From the human T2T-CHM13v2.0 reference genome, Homo sapiens, in assembly GCF_009914755.1 (NCBI RefSeq), contig NC_060930.1: a DNA stretch of 64,000 bases, one strand, 5' to 3'. A model generated the notes under the pieces. The model did not search any database and was not told the DNA's origin. It was given only the letters and a program-made list of their open reading frames with translations. Shown here piece after piece: positions 29,544-41,252 of the stretch (positions within the stretch are counted from its first letter, which is position 1; each line of letters begins with the position of its first letter). Made by a program: the position numbers and the translations under genes.

Positions 29544-30657
29544 TTGAATTATTGAAGATATTAGTGTCTTCAATATTAATGAGGGCATTGTATCTTCATC
29601 TTCAAAAGACTCATGGGGAGCTCAATTGAATTGTCTGATTTTACTTTGAGGAAAACTCTAAATGGCAAAAGGTATATTACAAAATAATTACAAAGTAAAC
29701 ATGCTGTACCATTGCCACTGCAAACACAGCAAGACAACTACAGGGTAAGCGAAGTCAACAAACATAGATAGTAAAAACTGTGCTCGAAAGACAATGAGGG
29801 CATTTAAATTTAAGAACCTGGGATAGAGAGAGAAGAGAAACAAAACTAGCATAGATGCTATCATATTAAATGTAATATTTTGGATAAATAATTCTTTACA
29901 TTTTGACCATGTACATTCAGGAAAATGTCTGTGGAAAAGTAATGAGGCTAATCAATTTTTTTACAACTCAGTGCTGAAGAATCTGTTTCAAAAGATGCTT
30001 TGAAGATGTCCATTCAGTCATTTCTATATAAATTCTTTGAAGTAATTTATAGGTCAAATGTGTAAAAATTCTCAGTAAAGCTGCTCCACTATTGCTTAAA
30101 TGCCATAATTATGGATATAGGTACATGTCATTTCACCGTATCTATAGTCACACTGATTAAAAGTACAGAAAATCAATAAGTCCTTAATGAATATCTCACC
30201 CTATAAGCTTCCCTCAGTAGATTTTGTAAAGTATAGTATAAGGCACACTTTACAAAATAATAAGAGAATATTTTAACCTAAAAGTTATTTTCAAATATCA
30301 GTTTCCAAGGAAAATTATTGAACACTAAAGGATATTCATCATAAATCACATATATTAATGTACCAAAATCTTGTCTAGATAATTATATAGTTAAAGCCTA
30401 CTTTAATTTTTCAAAAGAAAATATACAATATTGGGCAAACATTAATTTTCTCTTCCCTTAACTCATAAATATTAAGTAACTTAGGAAATATATAAAATAC
30501 AACAAAAAAATTAACTTTCACATTTACCTCCTATAGTTTGTGGAATGCAGGCGGCCATTTAACTGTAATTGAAAACCGCCTGCTTGCTGTCCATATGAAA
30601 ACCAATGCATGACTTGTGTTCTATTTCTCTATAAAAGCACTCTTTTCTATGTGGAAT

Positions 30658-30749
30658 TATTCAGAAAAGTAGCTTTCATATTTAGGAAAAGAACATGCTC
30701 TTCCACTCTCAGCAAATGATTAAAGTCATGATGAACACTGCCATAAAAA
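30658..30749 (+). repeat. 92-bp segment identical to 32088-32179 (likely donor)
   Basis: tattcagaaaagtagctttc...gaacactgccataaaaa is present twice with no mismatch. Confidence 0.95.
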
Positions 30750-31392
30750 ACCTTGCTTTAAATAACTAATATAAATTTATATAATTAAAGTTCACATTTT
30801 AAAAGGCAGCTTCCTAGGATGTTCTGAAGATCCACTAAGGCACCAATTTTATCCCCATGTTGTCTCTTAATTATCTTCTTTATTAACTGTAGCACTCTGT
30901 TCTTGCATTGAGTACTAGAATTAAATTACAGAAAAATACTTTCGTATGCTTTAAGATGATAAATGGGAACAGTTCTAGGGGCAATAGTCTGCTATCCAGA
31001 AAACTTTCAAAAGTCAGTCCTAAGGAATACAAAGTGCACGCTGACTCTCCTGACAAATGAAGAAAAGTTCACTTATAAAAGAGGACAAACGATCAGCTAT
31101 TGCTAATGAAATACTGTAATTATAAATTATTGTTTAGACATGCTTATCCACATACATAACATTATCTCTTGATATTTCCTGTAAATAATACCATAAAATG
31201 ACAAACTTTAGTACACAACTCGCTTTGACTGATCTAAGTTAAAGTGTAATTAGACAAGTGTCTTGTAATTCTAATAAAACTGTTTCTATCCATTTGTTTT
31301 GTGTACTTAAATAGTGAACTTCTATGAGGAATTCTATAATGTAATTTAGGAAACATTTCAGATATAGAAAATTAGAGCTCATATCAAAAGAA

Positions 31393-31462
31393 AGGCAGGA
31401 AGTAAAGAAGGAAGGAAGAAGGGAGGGAGGGAGGAAGGCAGGAAGGCAGGAAGGCAGGAAAA
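31393..31462. repeat. (GGAA)/(GGGA)/(GGAAGGCA) purine-rich tract
   Basis: Direct read. Confidence 0.85.
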
Positions 31463-31479
31463 GGGAGAGCCCTTGCTTT

Positions 31480-32350
31480 TAGCAAAATGTTGAAGGCTGG
31501 CTGGTATATGTGGAGGGAGTGCTGTAGTTGGAAAACCAACATTTTTTTAATCTTCTTAGTAAAGACTAGACAAGATATGAATTATCAATGGATGCTAAAT
31601 CTAGGAGAAACTAGATATTTTCACGGTATTGAAGCGTCTCATCACAGACTCACAAGTTGTAAGGGAGAAAAAAATATTAATTACAAAAGAAATAAGGAAG
31701 GTTATTTCTATTTAAAAAGGGGTGATAAAATGTATTCTTCAAAAATATCAGTCATCAAATACAAAGACAAGTTATAGAAAATGTTTTAGATAAAGGAGGC
31801 TAAAGAGACTCCTCAATAGATCATTTGGTCCCAAGCTGGATGCTGTACTGAAGGAAGAAATACTACAAAGAATATTACTGTGTTAATGATACAATCTTAT
31901 TAAGATTGGTAAAGTATTGCATCAAAGTTAAATCATTGAGGTTGATAACTAAACTGTAGCTATGTAAGTGAATATCTCTACTTTTAGATAATACACACTG
32001 ACCTACTTACGGGCAAAGAATCATGATGTATATAACTTATAAGTTATATTGAATATCTTGAATATTCTTGAATATAACTATAAGTTATATTCAGAAAAGT
32101 AGCTTTCATATTTAGGAAAAGAACATGCTCTTCCACTCTCAGCAAATGATTAAAGTCATGATGAACACTGCCATAAAAATATTGAATATATTGAATAACT
32201 TGAAGATAAGTTATATCTTCAAATGGCTAATTAAAAAACCACAAATATGTAAAAATATGTAAATTTGGGTAAAGGGTATATTGGTGTTTATGAACTATTT
32301 TTATTCTTGCAATTTCCATCTAAGTTTGCAATTATTTTAGAATAAAATAT
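31480..32350 (+). mobile_element. L1MC/ME-type 3' region, interrupted at ~32040-32216
   Basis: 'tatcaatggatgctaaatctaggag', 'gataaaggaggctaaagagac', 'gtaaatttgggtaaagggtatattggtgttt...ttcttgcaattt'. Confidence 0.7.
32088..32179 (+). repeat. 92-bp templated insertion, copy of 30658-30749
   Basis: Identical copy 1430 bp downstream, embedded in scrambled junction sequence. Confidence 0.95.
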
Positions 32351-35184
32351 TTGAATGTGGAACAGAGAGGTTAACAACTGGATCCATATCACATAGACTG
32401 TAAATGGCAGAGGTGAGATTAAACCTAAGCAGTCCAAATCCAAAGTCCCTACACTTACAACAATTCTGTTTTGTTAAATAATAGAATATTAGCTTGTTAT
32501 ACATAGCAAAGGAATCTGAGGAATTTCAATAAATAATTGAAGTAGTACAATTATCCCCAAAGATAGGTTAGAGGATGCCTACTTAATAACAATTGCAGGT
32601 ATTAAAACTCTTGCCTGCATATATACCTAACACTACATTTGATGTAATCACACAATATGGAAATAATTTTGAAAATCAACCAAAAATAGGTTGTTTCCTG
32701 CAGATATGCAAAGCCTCACATTTTTACTTAAAATTTGCTATTATTAAAAAATAGTAAATGTAGTATTAAAGATAAAGCATAAATAATATTAAAAGTTGTG
32801 AGGATAATAAAAATCCTACTAAATGTTAAAATATTTAAAAATACAATTCCACAACCATTTATAATACCTCAAAGTGGGGCATTTGTGAACATGAATGAAT
32901 AGCTTCCCTAGGAGGAGGAGAAGATTCTTGGCATAGCATTTCACATAATAATATTTATTGACTAAATTTATGAGGAGAGGTATAATAAAATTTTTAGAAA
33001 TGTGTTCCTTCCTTCAGGTTTTGATATTTTTAATAGGCTTTGACAAAAAAATAAATATTCATTGCTTGATGATACCACTCAATATTATCAGTACTAGATT
33101 TACTCGAGAAGAACATTTCATGGTAGACTTGTTTGCAGCAATACTTCATACTTTTGGGGTCTTTATGCTTTCATTCTTATCAACATGCCAGCCAGCATCA
33201 TATCACTGCTGGTCTTCATTCATCCGTTAAGATCAATTTTATCTTACCTATTTGAATAACACCTTTCCTGACTATTTCAGACTCAAATGTTTTCATGTGT
33301 TTAGCAATAAGTATCATTTTCTATTATGTCTTTTAATTATTACCTTGAACAGCTATTCAAATCTTATTATAGATATTGGATTTTTTTTACCAGTTCTATC
33401 ATTTCCAACCAAACAGATTATGTACTCCTTGAGCTAAGGACTGTATCAGATTTCTTTTCATTAATCATAATGCCTACTAGCCTCTGGATGAGTCAGCTCA
33501 ATACTTATGTACTGATTTTATTTTTACCTGTCTCAAAGTTTCACAGAGAAAGTTAAAATAACTTTCAATCTTTTATGACAGCACTTTTGATTATTTAAAA
33601 GAATAGAAAACAAATGGCACAAATGCCCTTCTTTTTCTCTGCTCAAAATATTCTATTTCTAAAACTCCTATTCAAATGAAGATATTTTCACAGAATTTTC
33701 CAGTTTCTCTTCTTCTTCAGGTCAGTCTATTGATAATTTGAATCTGAATCATAGATTTGTAAAATCTTAAGTAGAATATTAAGTAAAACCCACAAAATAG
33801 AAACTGCATGTAAATTATGATCATAACTATAAAAAACCCAAGTTATACTATAGAGCAACTGAAGCAACTAGAATGGCATATATGAAGATATGATCAGTAA
33901 TAGCCTCAGAGTGTAACACTGGGTGGCTTTTCTCTTGTTCCATGGATCACCTACCCCAGAGATTTCTATAAACAGCATATACAACATTATATTCTTTACA
34001 AAAAACAGAGCAGGCTTTATAATTATTGTTTGTTTAACCTATCCCAAATGTCATTATGAGATTTTTGAAGCCAGTGAGTATCTTTTATTTCTGCAACATC
34101 ATTTCCAGGAATGTTTGGTATACAGTAATGCTATCAAGTATCAAGATTGTCTTACATTTTAATCAAGGGAGGTTTTTTGCTTTGTATATGTTTATATATG
34201 AATTACACATAATTTATCCATATTCGCACAAAATTACAGACTGTCCTCTATATGGTCCTCCCCTGAAAAGGGCTAGTTGAGCCAAAGCTGGGTCAATGAG
34301 ACCCATCCCTAGGGTTTTTGTATTTAGGATCAGAAAATTCATTAGGGCAATCTCTCTCTGTCTCTACTCCCCCTGCAACCCTGCCTCCTCCTCTTTGGCC
34401 TTTTCTTCCGTCCCTCTATCTTAGCTAAAATGCAAGTTGTACAGTTTGAAAGCTGTTTGTTTGAAATCCAGGTTTCTTTTCCTCTAAAAAAAAATCTATG
34501 AATGAATAAAACTGACACACAGAAGAAGAAGGGGGAGGAAGAGGAAGAAGAAATTCCTATTATATTTGCAATATATTTGTAATGATTTTTACTGTAATAA
34601 TTATTACAATAACAGCCTGTGTCCCTGGAGTCCATATTTCCATCTGACCCTGAGGCCCAAATGCATTCTCACCTTTCCTTAAATAATCTTAAATTACTTG
34701 AATGTTGAACTTACACTGCAATTAGCATTATTATTGCAAAATCATAAAATTTTGCTATTTCTGGTATAACAGTGGAGAATATTTTTTCTGCATTTACATA
34801 GCCCTGAGGACTGGATGTCAGAGTTCTTCTTTTATTTGAGGAATTATCCCATTAGCAGCATGGGGAATAACACAAGCAAGAATCCTAACTTTTAACAAAG
34901 ACTGAAATGACTGATCCACAACATCACTGTTGACAGAAACTCATTCACATGGGAAGTAAAGGTGCAACAAGCAGTAAAGTAGGAACAGTGTTGAAAAAAT
35001 AAATGTCAAAAAACAATTACATGATAACATTTGTTTTATAGTTTTGTTTCAGTTGCTGTTCCTGCATTTTATATGTCTATCACCTCAGAGCACAGAATAC
35101 TTTATATTAAAGTGCTACAGAGTCCTGCCACTTTACTATGCTCAAGATAAAGGAGACATTTGTAACCTTGCTAAACTGTACCCA

Positions 35185-35750
35185 CTATTTCATTCAACAA
35201 ATATTTGAATCACTGATATATTCCAAGTACACTTCTAGGTACAGTGAACCACAAGGAGACAGGCGATAAGATATGCATAATTTAAGACATTTAAGTTAGT
35301 GACAAATGTTTTCAATAAAAGCAAATATGATTATGAGACAGAGGGGAGTGAGGAGGTTACTTGATTTATACCATCCACAGAAAACCACTCTGTGCTGAGG
35401 CAAGAATGATAAGATGGAATCAGTCATGCAAAGATCTGGGACTGATCTTTGAAAAGTAAGCAGATCTTTATCAGAAAAGTAAGCAGCTACTATAATGGCC
35501 CTAAGACAGGAGAAAGCCAGTATTTAGTCAAGCAAGAAAGGAAACCCACACTGCTGGCATAAAATGAGCAGTGGAATGAACGTGGTATGAAATCAGGTCA
35601 TAAAATAGACAGCAGCCAGATGCGGGAGTAGAATAGGACACTGGATTTCATTCTAACTGCAACAAGCAGTTCGAGCTTGGAGAAGACTGGCAATATGCTC
35701 TAACTTCTGAAACTTCTGAAGGCAACTGAAGGAATGGATTACGGAGGGAT
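35185..35750 (-). mobile_element. L2 fragment
   Basis: 'ttcattcaacaaatatttga...cttctaggtac' and 'ggatttcattctaactgcaa' are the reverse complement of the L2 3' region. Confidence 0.65.
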
Positions 35751-36249
35751 TATAAAAGGATAAGAATAATACATCATGAAACAATTGTTCAACTAAATTG
35801 ATAATGCATGTAAAGTATTAGTAAAGTACACAGCACATTGTATATCCAAAATAAATGTTAGTGATAAAAATATATTGCTGTTGTTTCTCCCATGAGTTCT
35901 TAAATATGTGCTGTGAGTCAAGACCATACCTGAGAGTTATGCTAAGATAAACTCTGCTCAAGATCATGCAAATGTAATCACTGTAGACAGTGGCACTATT
36001 TAATATGAGAAAAATAAACAGGCAGCTTTCAATTTACAAATAGATCATCTTCCCAAAGTCTCCTTAACATCCATCCTTGGAAATCCAGAACACATTTTCT
36101 CATAGAAACAAAAAATGTAGCTACTTTTTTAGGGTAGCCTGGAGAATTCTATCTGATCTATAATGTGTTACCAACACTAGTTTTGATTTTGGAGTCAGAA
36201 GTCCACATGACATATCAGAGGAAAATAACAACTTTTGTTATTTTGATTG

Positions 36250-36425
36250 GATGCTAAATAAGTGCCAACATTATTCTAAGCACTAATTAATTGAAGCTTG
36301 TTGTAATTTCATGAGGTAGATACTATTGCTATCTCCATCTTATGGATGTAACACTAAGAAACACAGAGGTGAACAACTAGCCCATGCACTAGCTGCAGAG
36401 CAGGGAGTCGAACTCTCACAGTTCA
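36250..36425 (-). mobile_element. MIR fragment
   Basis: 'atgaggtagatactattgctatctccatctta...gaaacacagaggtgaacaactagccca...gcagagcagggagtcgaac'. Confidence 0.65.
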
Positions 36426-36498
36426 AAGGAAGTAACCATTTCTGTAAATACTATTAACAACCATGCAGTGCTGTATTTACCCTCATTCCTCATGCTTT

Positions 36499-36501
<3 letters not shown>

Positions 36502-36551
<50 letters not shown>
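36502..36551. repeat. (CA)n microsatellite
   Basis: About 24 perfect CA units. Confidence 0.95.
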
Positions 36552-36552
<1 letters not shown>

Positions 36553-36743
36553 GTAGAAATAGTTGTTGTTTGCCTGTGAGTCCTTACCAAACCCTTTTGG
36601 AATTTACTGTTATATCCTGGTACTCCATCTCAGAATACTAGGTATACTACTAGAGTACCCCAGGTAAAACCATCCTATACGCTTTTACATAAACTAAGTT
36701 GGTAAACTATATTGACACAAATTTTCTTACAAACTCAAAACAA

Positions 36744-37066
<323 letters not shown>

Positions 37067-37197
37067 TCAGCATTAGGGAAATATTTTAGATTTTGAGTCC
37101 CAGCTACAGGGTCCACCTCTGCCCCGACATTAGATTCCAAGCTGAATAAACCCAGGGAACCTTGTAAACTGTTAGCATTTTTCCCAGCTTCTTACTT

Positions 37198-37552
37198 TGA
37201 TATAGTTTGGCTGTGTCCCCACCCAAATCTGATCTTGAATTGTAGCTCTCACAATTCCCACGTGTTGTTGTGGGAGGGACCCAGTAGGAGGTAATTAAAT
37301 CATGGGGGGTGAGTCTTTCCCTTGCTATTCTCATGATAGTGAATAAGTCTCACTATCTGATGGTTTTATAAGGGGGAGCTTCCCTGCACAAACTCTCTTC
37401 TCTTGTCTGCCGCCACATGAGACGTGCATTTCACCTTCTACCATGATTGTGAGACTTCCCCAGACACGTGGAACTGAGTCCATTAAACCTCTCTTGTAAA
37501 TTGCCCAGTCTTGGGTATGCCTTTATCAGCAACATGAAAACGGACTAATACA
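37198..37552 (+). mobile_element. THE1B-like solo LTR
   Basis: tgatatagtttggctgtgtccccacccaaatc...atgaaaacggactaataca with perfect 5-bp TSD tactt (37193-37197, 37553-37557). Confidence 0.93.
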
Positions 37553-37929
37553 TACTTGTATCTACTTTAGAAGAATTTAAATTATTCCTCTCAAAAACTG
37601 CCAGAGGGGCAGCATTGTTACTCCAGTAGTCAGGGGAAGGAGATTGCAGTAGTTATTTCTGTAAATGCAGGTTACACTGAAGAGAAACTATATGGAATAT
37701 GGGAACAGAAACTCTTGGATCCATATAAACCGTGTGACTCTGAGCTAGTTACCTATATTCCTTAATCCTGTCTCCCCATATAGGGTTAAACCAGTGTGTG
37801 CACCATTAGTTGGTTGTGCAGATGCTTAACAAGGTAGTGGTAGAGGAAAACCAGCCTCGGCTATCTCACTAAGCACATCCTATGCCATGTGCTTTATTAA
37901 GGCTTCATACAGATCAATCCTCAAACTGC

Positions 37930-38080
37930 TAAACATATTAGGTCAAATGTAATTTCCATTTCACAAAAGAGGAAACTGAGGTTTGCAGAATGATAAGAAC
38001 TTTTTCCAAGGTAAATTAAGGTGTAAGTATTAATACTGGGATTTGAACATTGGCAATGTAGATCTTCTGTCCCAATCTTA
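37930..38080 (-). mobile_element. MIR fragment
   Basis: 'ccatttcacaaaagaggaaactgaggtttgcagaatgataagaactttttccaagg...ctgggatttgaac'. Confidence 0.65.
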
Positions 38081-38850
38081 ATCACTGAAGTGCAGCATTC
38101 TTCTAGACATATAGTTTGCAATAAAATGCACTGTTATGATTTTTGTTGTCATCCCTATCATCAACTCTATTAGTGGGTTGTTAAATGGATTTAAGGAAAT
38201 GTAAAACACTGCAATATTGACTAGCACATAACCAGTGCTATACACACTGATTCCTTCTTTTGTATAAGGTTGCATATTATCTGTTTGGCTCTATTAAAAC
38301 TATCAAACTCAAAAATATTTGAAATAAATAACAGAGCAGATTATTCTTTATAGCTGCATGAAGCAATTAAGCCTTCTACAACAGGCATTCATTTATTGCT
38401 AATTTTTACTTTCCCTCGAATAACTCATATTTATTTTCAAAAGTTACTGTGAATATTAAGTTAGTGCCTGAAAGTCTTCAAGCAGTTTGTTTTCCTCTGA
38501 TATCTGGGCAGAGGTGGCCCCTGTAGCTGGGGGCTATTTCCCCTGCTCAATGAGAAAAGTCCATATTTTGCTTGCTTATAAGTTGCACCACTACCTTCAG
38601 CCACATATTTCCCTCTTTTCCTGACCTACTTTAAGAGTTTTAAACCTATCACTCAACCTGCTTCCCAATAAGATTTTATTTGTGAAACGCTAAAACTATG
38701 GAGCAAGTACCCTGCTTTTTTTCCCCAGAAGCATAAACTCACATCCATCTTCTGGTCTTTACCCAATTACAGAAAATTTTTTCTCCTTTTGCTCTCTACG
38801 ACGACCCAGCTTCTGTTCAAGCCTGAAGCATGTTTAACTAGTTACCAATA

Positions 38851-39693
38851 GAAATTGAGTATCCCTAATCCAAAAATCCAAAATCTGAAATGCTCCAGAA
38901 TCTGAAGCTTTTTGAGTGCCGACATGATGCCACAGACCAGAATACCTATGTTAGCAGTTAAACAGCAGTGGCACAAACAACAGCAGGTTTTCAGTTTCCA
39001 TCTATAATGCTGTGTTTTGATTAAAGGGTTACTGTGCACTTACTTTACTGTTCTAGGTGAGAAGAAACATGAGATGCAGTTGGGGGACCAGGAAGTGGAT
39101 CCCTGAAGGATAAAGACGCACTCTGCTAGATGGGTTTTTTAAACGTTTCCTCCAGTCTATAGTAACACAGTGTCATAGATAGACTGAAAGCCTGGCACTG
39201 CTTGTTGTTGCCGTGGTTTAATGGTTAATACGGATATTCTGGTGATGCTACTGTGTTGCTTAGTTACCCTGAACAGATGAATGACCTTTTTCATTGTATT
39301 AATGGTATGTCATACTTCTTACTGTTAAGTACTTACGTATGAACAGGTGTAAGAAAATGGCTGAGGATCACGGGCATGTAAATTTAGAGTCAGAAATGAC
39401 AGTGATGCCAGACAATCATACATTGTCCACAAGTGTGGCTGACAGAGTGACACCTTTGCTTTCTGATGTTCAATGTACATAAACTTTGTCTCATTCATAA
39501 AATTATTAAAACATATAAAATAACATTCAGGCTATGTGTATAAGGTACATATTAAATATAAATGAATTTCATGATTAGAGTTGAGTTTTAGCCCTAAGAT
39601 ATCCCATTATGTATATATAAATATTCCAAAATCTGAAGAAAAAATCAGAAATCCAAAACTCTTCTATATTTTAGATACGGGATACTCAACCTG
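38851..39693 (+). mobile_element. Tigger4 (Zombi/MER46 family) internally deleted DNA transposon
   Basis: TIRs gaaattgagtatccc / gggatactcaacctg, TA on both sides, 'ctaatccaaaaatccaaaatctgaaatgctcc...tttttgagtgccgacatgatgccaca'. Confidence 0.85.
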
Positions 39694-41067
39694 TACATGA
39701 AAATAAGTAATGTTCCTATTGGTGACCCTTGGGAGGCAGTTCAAGCTCTGCACATGTCCCCATCAGGGTGACCTCTCAGGCATGACAGCATTCTGGAGCA
39801 TACCCAGTGATGGTACAGAAATAGACCTCAGGTGCAATGACTTCACTTCAAAGAGAAGAAAATTAGGAAAAGGGAAATTGTTCTTCTCCCAAGTTTTCAC
39901 TTACCAAGGCACAGCCCAGGAGAGAAACCAGTCTTGTGCTCTAATAGATAAGGAAGCAAAAGAGGATGTATTTCAAAAGACAAAGAATTATGTCTATTAG
40001 AGGCAACAGGCCAGAATAGCAAGAGTTTGTTTTTAATAATATTTTTCTGATTCTAAATGAAATGTATGGCCATTGTAAGAAAACTGGAAATTACCAAAAC
40101 TATAATGAAAATAATCATGGATAATTTCAGAATTCAGAACTTTAGGTATATACATTCCAATATTTATGTCAGGATCATATTGCATATATAATTTTTGTTC
40201 TATGATTTTTCTTATCATTTAGTCCTTAAATTTTCTTCAAATACTATATTTTCCTTCTATATAGTATTTCATGCAAAGGTACATCACATGACAACTGACT
40301 GGGAATTCAGTTTTATAACTTTTTTTTTAATCACTCCATTGCCTCATTCCATCATTCAATTTATAATTTCATTATTCATTACTTCATTATATATTACTAT
40401 GATGAATAAACACCCTTGTACATAAATAATAGTAGTTTCTCAATGTTTTATTTTGTTAATATAGTCAGGAAAATAGAGGAGAATGGTTTAGATTCACTGA
40501 AATAAAAATCATATGACAGAAAACATTTCTCGATTGAAAATAATAAATCTTGCTCTGATCACCTGATTAAATAATCAGCTTCATATTTTATGATAATTTT
40601 TGTGATAGTAAATTCTGGACCACAGAAAGGTAAAAGCCACTCCAAGGCAATTTTTTACCCACCATATTCATTGCCACTTAGCCCTAAAAATATTATTATT
40701 TGCATCAATAAAGCACAAATAAAAAGTTTTAATCAGAATTAGTTTTTAAAAATGTGTTTTTAACTGTACTCTGATATGGAAAATATGTTCAAATACATTG
40801 TACAGTTCTATAAGTCTAATTTTCAAGGCAGTTTTATGTGGTTAACATTATACAGGGTAGAATCTGTTACATGTAGGTGTGGCTATATGACGAGGATCTT
40901 CCACTGCTGTCAGGAAGGCCATGTAGTGCTATACATAGAACCTAGGCTTTGCTGCCAGTCAGAGCTGGGGTCCAAGCTGAGCTGGGACACTCCCTAGTTG
41001 CATGGACCTTGGCTCTGTCATCAATGAGAAGGTAATACTAATATTTATCTCAAAAAGCTTTGTTTGA

Positions 41068-41252
41068 GGCTCAAATGAAGTAATAAGCACCAGTTACCTG
41101 CCTTTTATAAGATCTTAAAGATTAATGTAGATTGTGCTTATCAATAAAAGGACAGATGAGTCTCAAATAAAGTATTAAGTGCCAGGTACCTTCCTTTTAC
41201 AAAATCTTACAGATTAATGTAGATTGTGGTTCTTGATGGAAGGGTAGAATGA
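41068..41252 (+). repeat. Diverged tandem duplication, period ~92 bp
   Basis: ctcaaat-aagta-taag--ccag-tacct-cctttta-aa-atctta-agattaatgtagattgtg occurs twice (~80% identity). Confidence 0.85.

Noticed and set aside
31415-31445. G-quadruplex
   Set aside because: Only three G3 runs; better described as a simple purine repeat.
37450-37475. PRDM9-A hotspot motif in THE1B (and in the THE1C LTRs)
   Set aside because: The homologous position reads cttccccagacac here, and cctctccagccat / cctccccagccat in the THE1C LTRs. None matches CCNCCNTNNCCNC.
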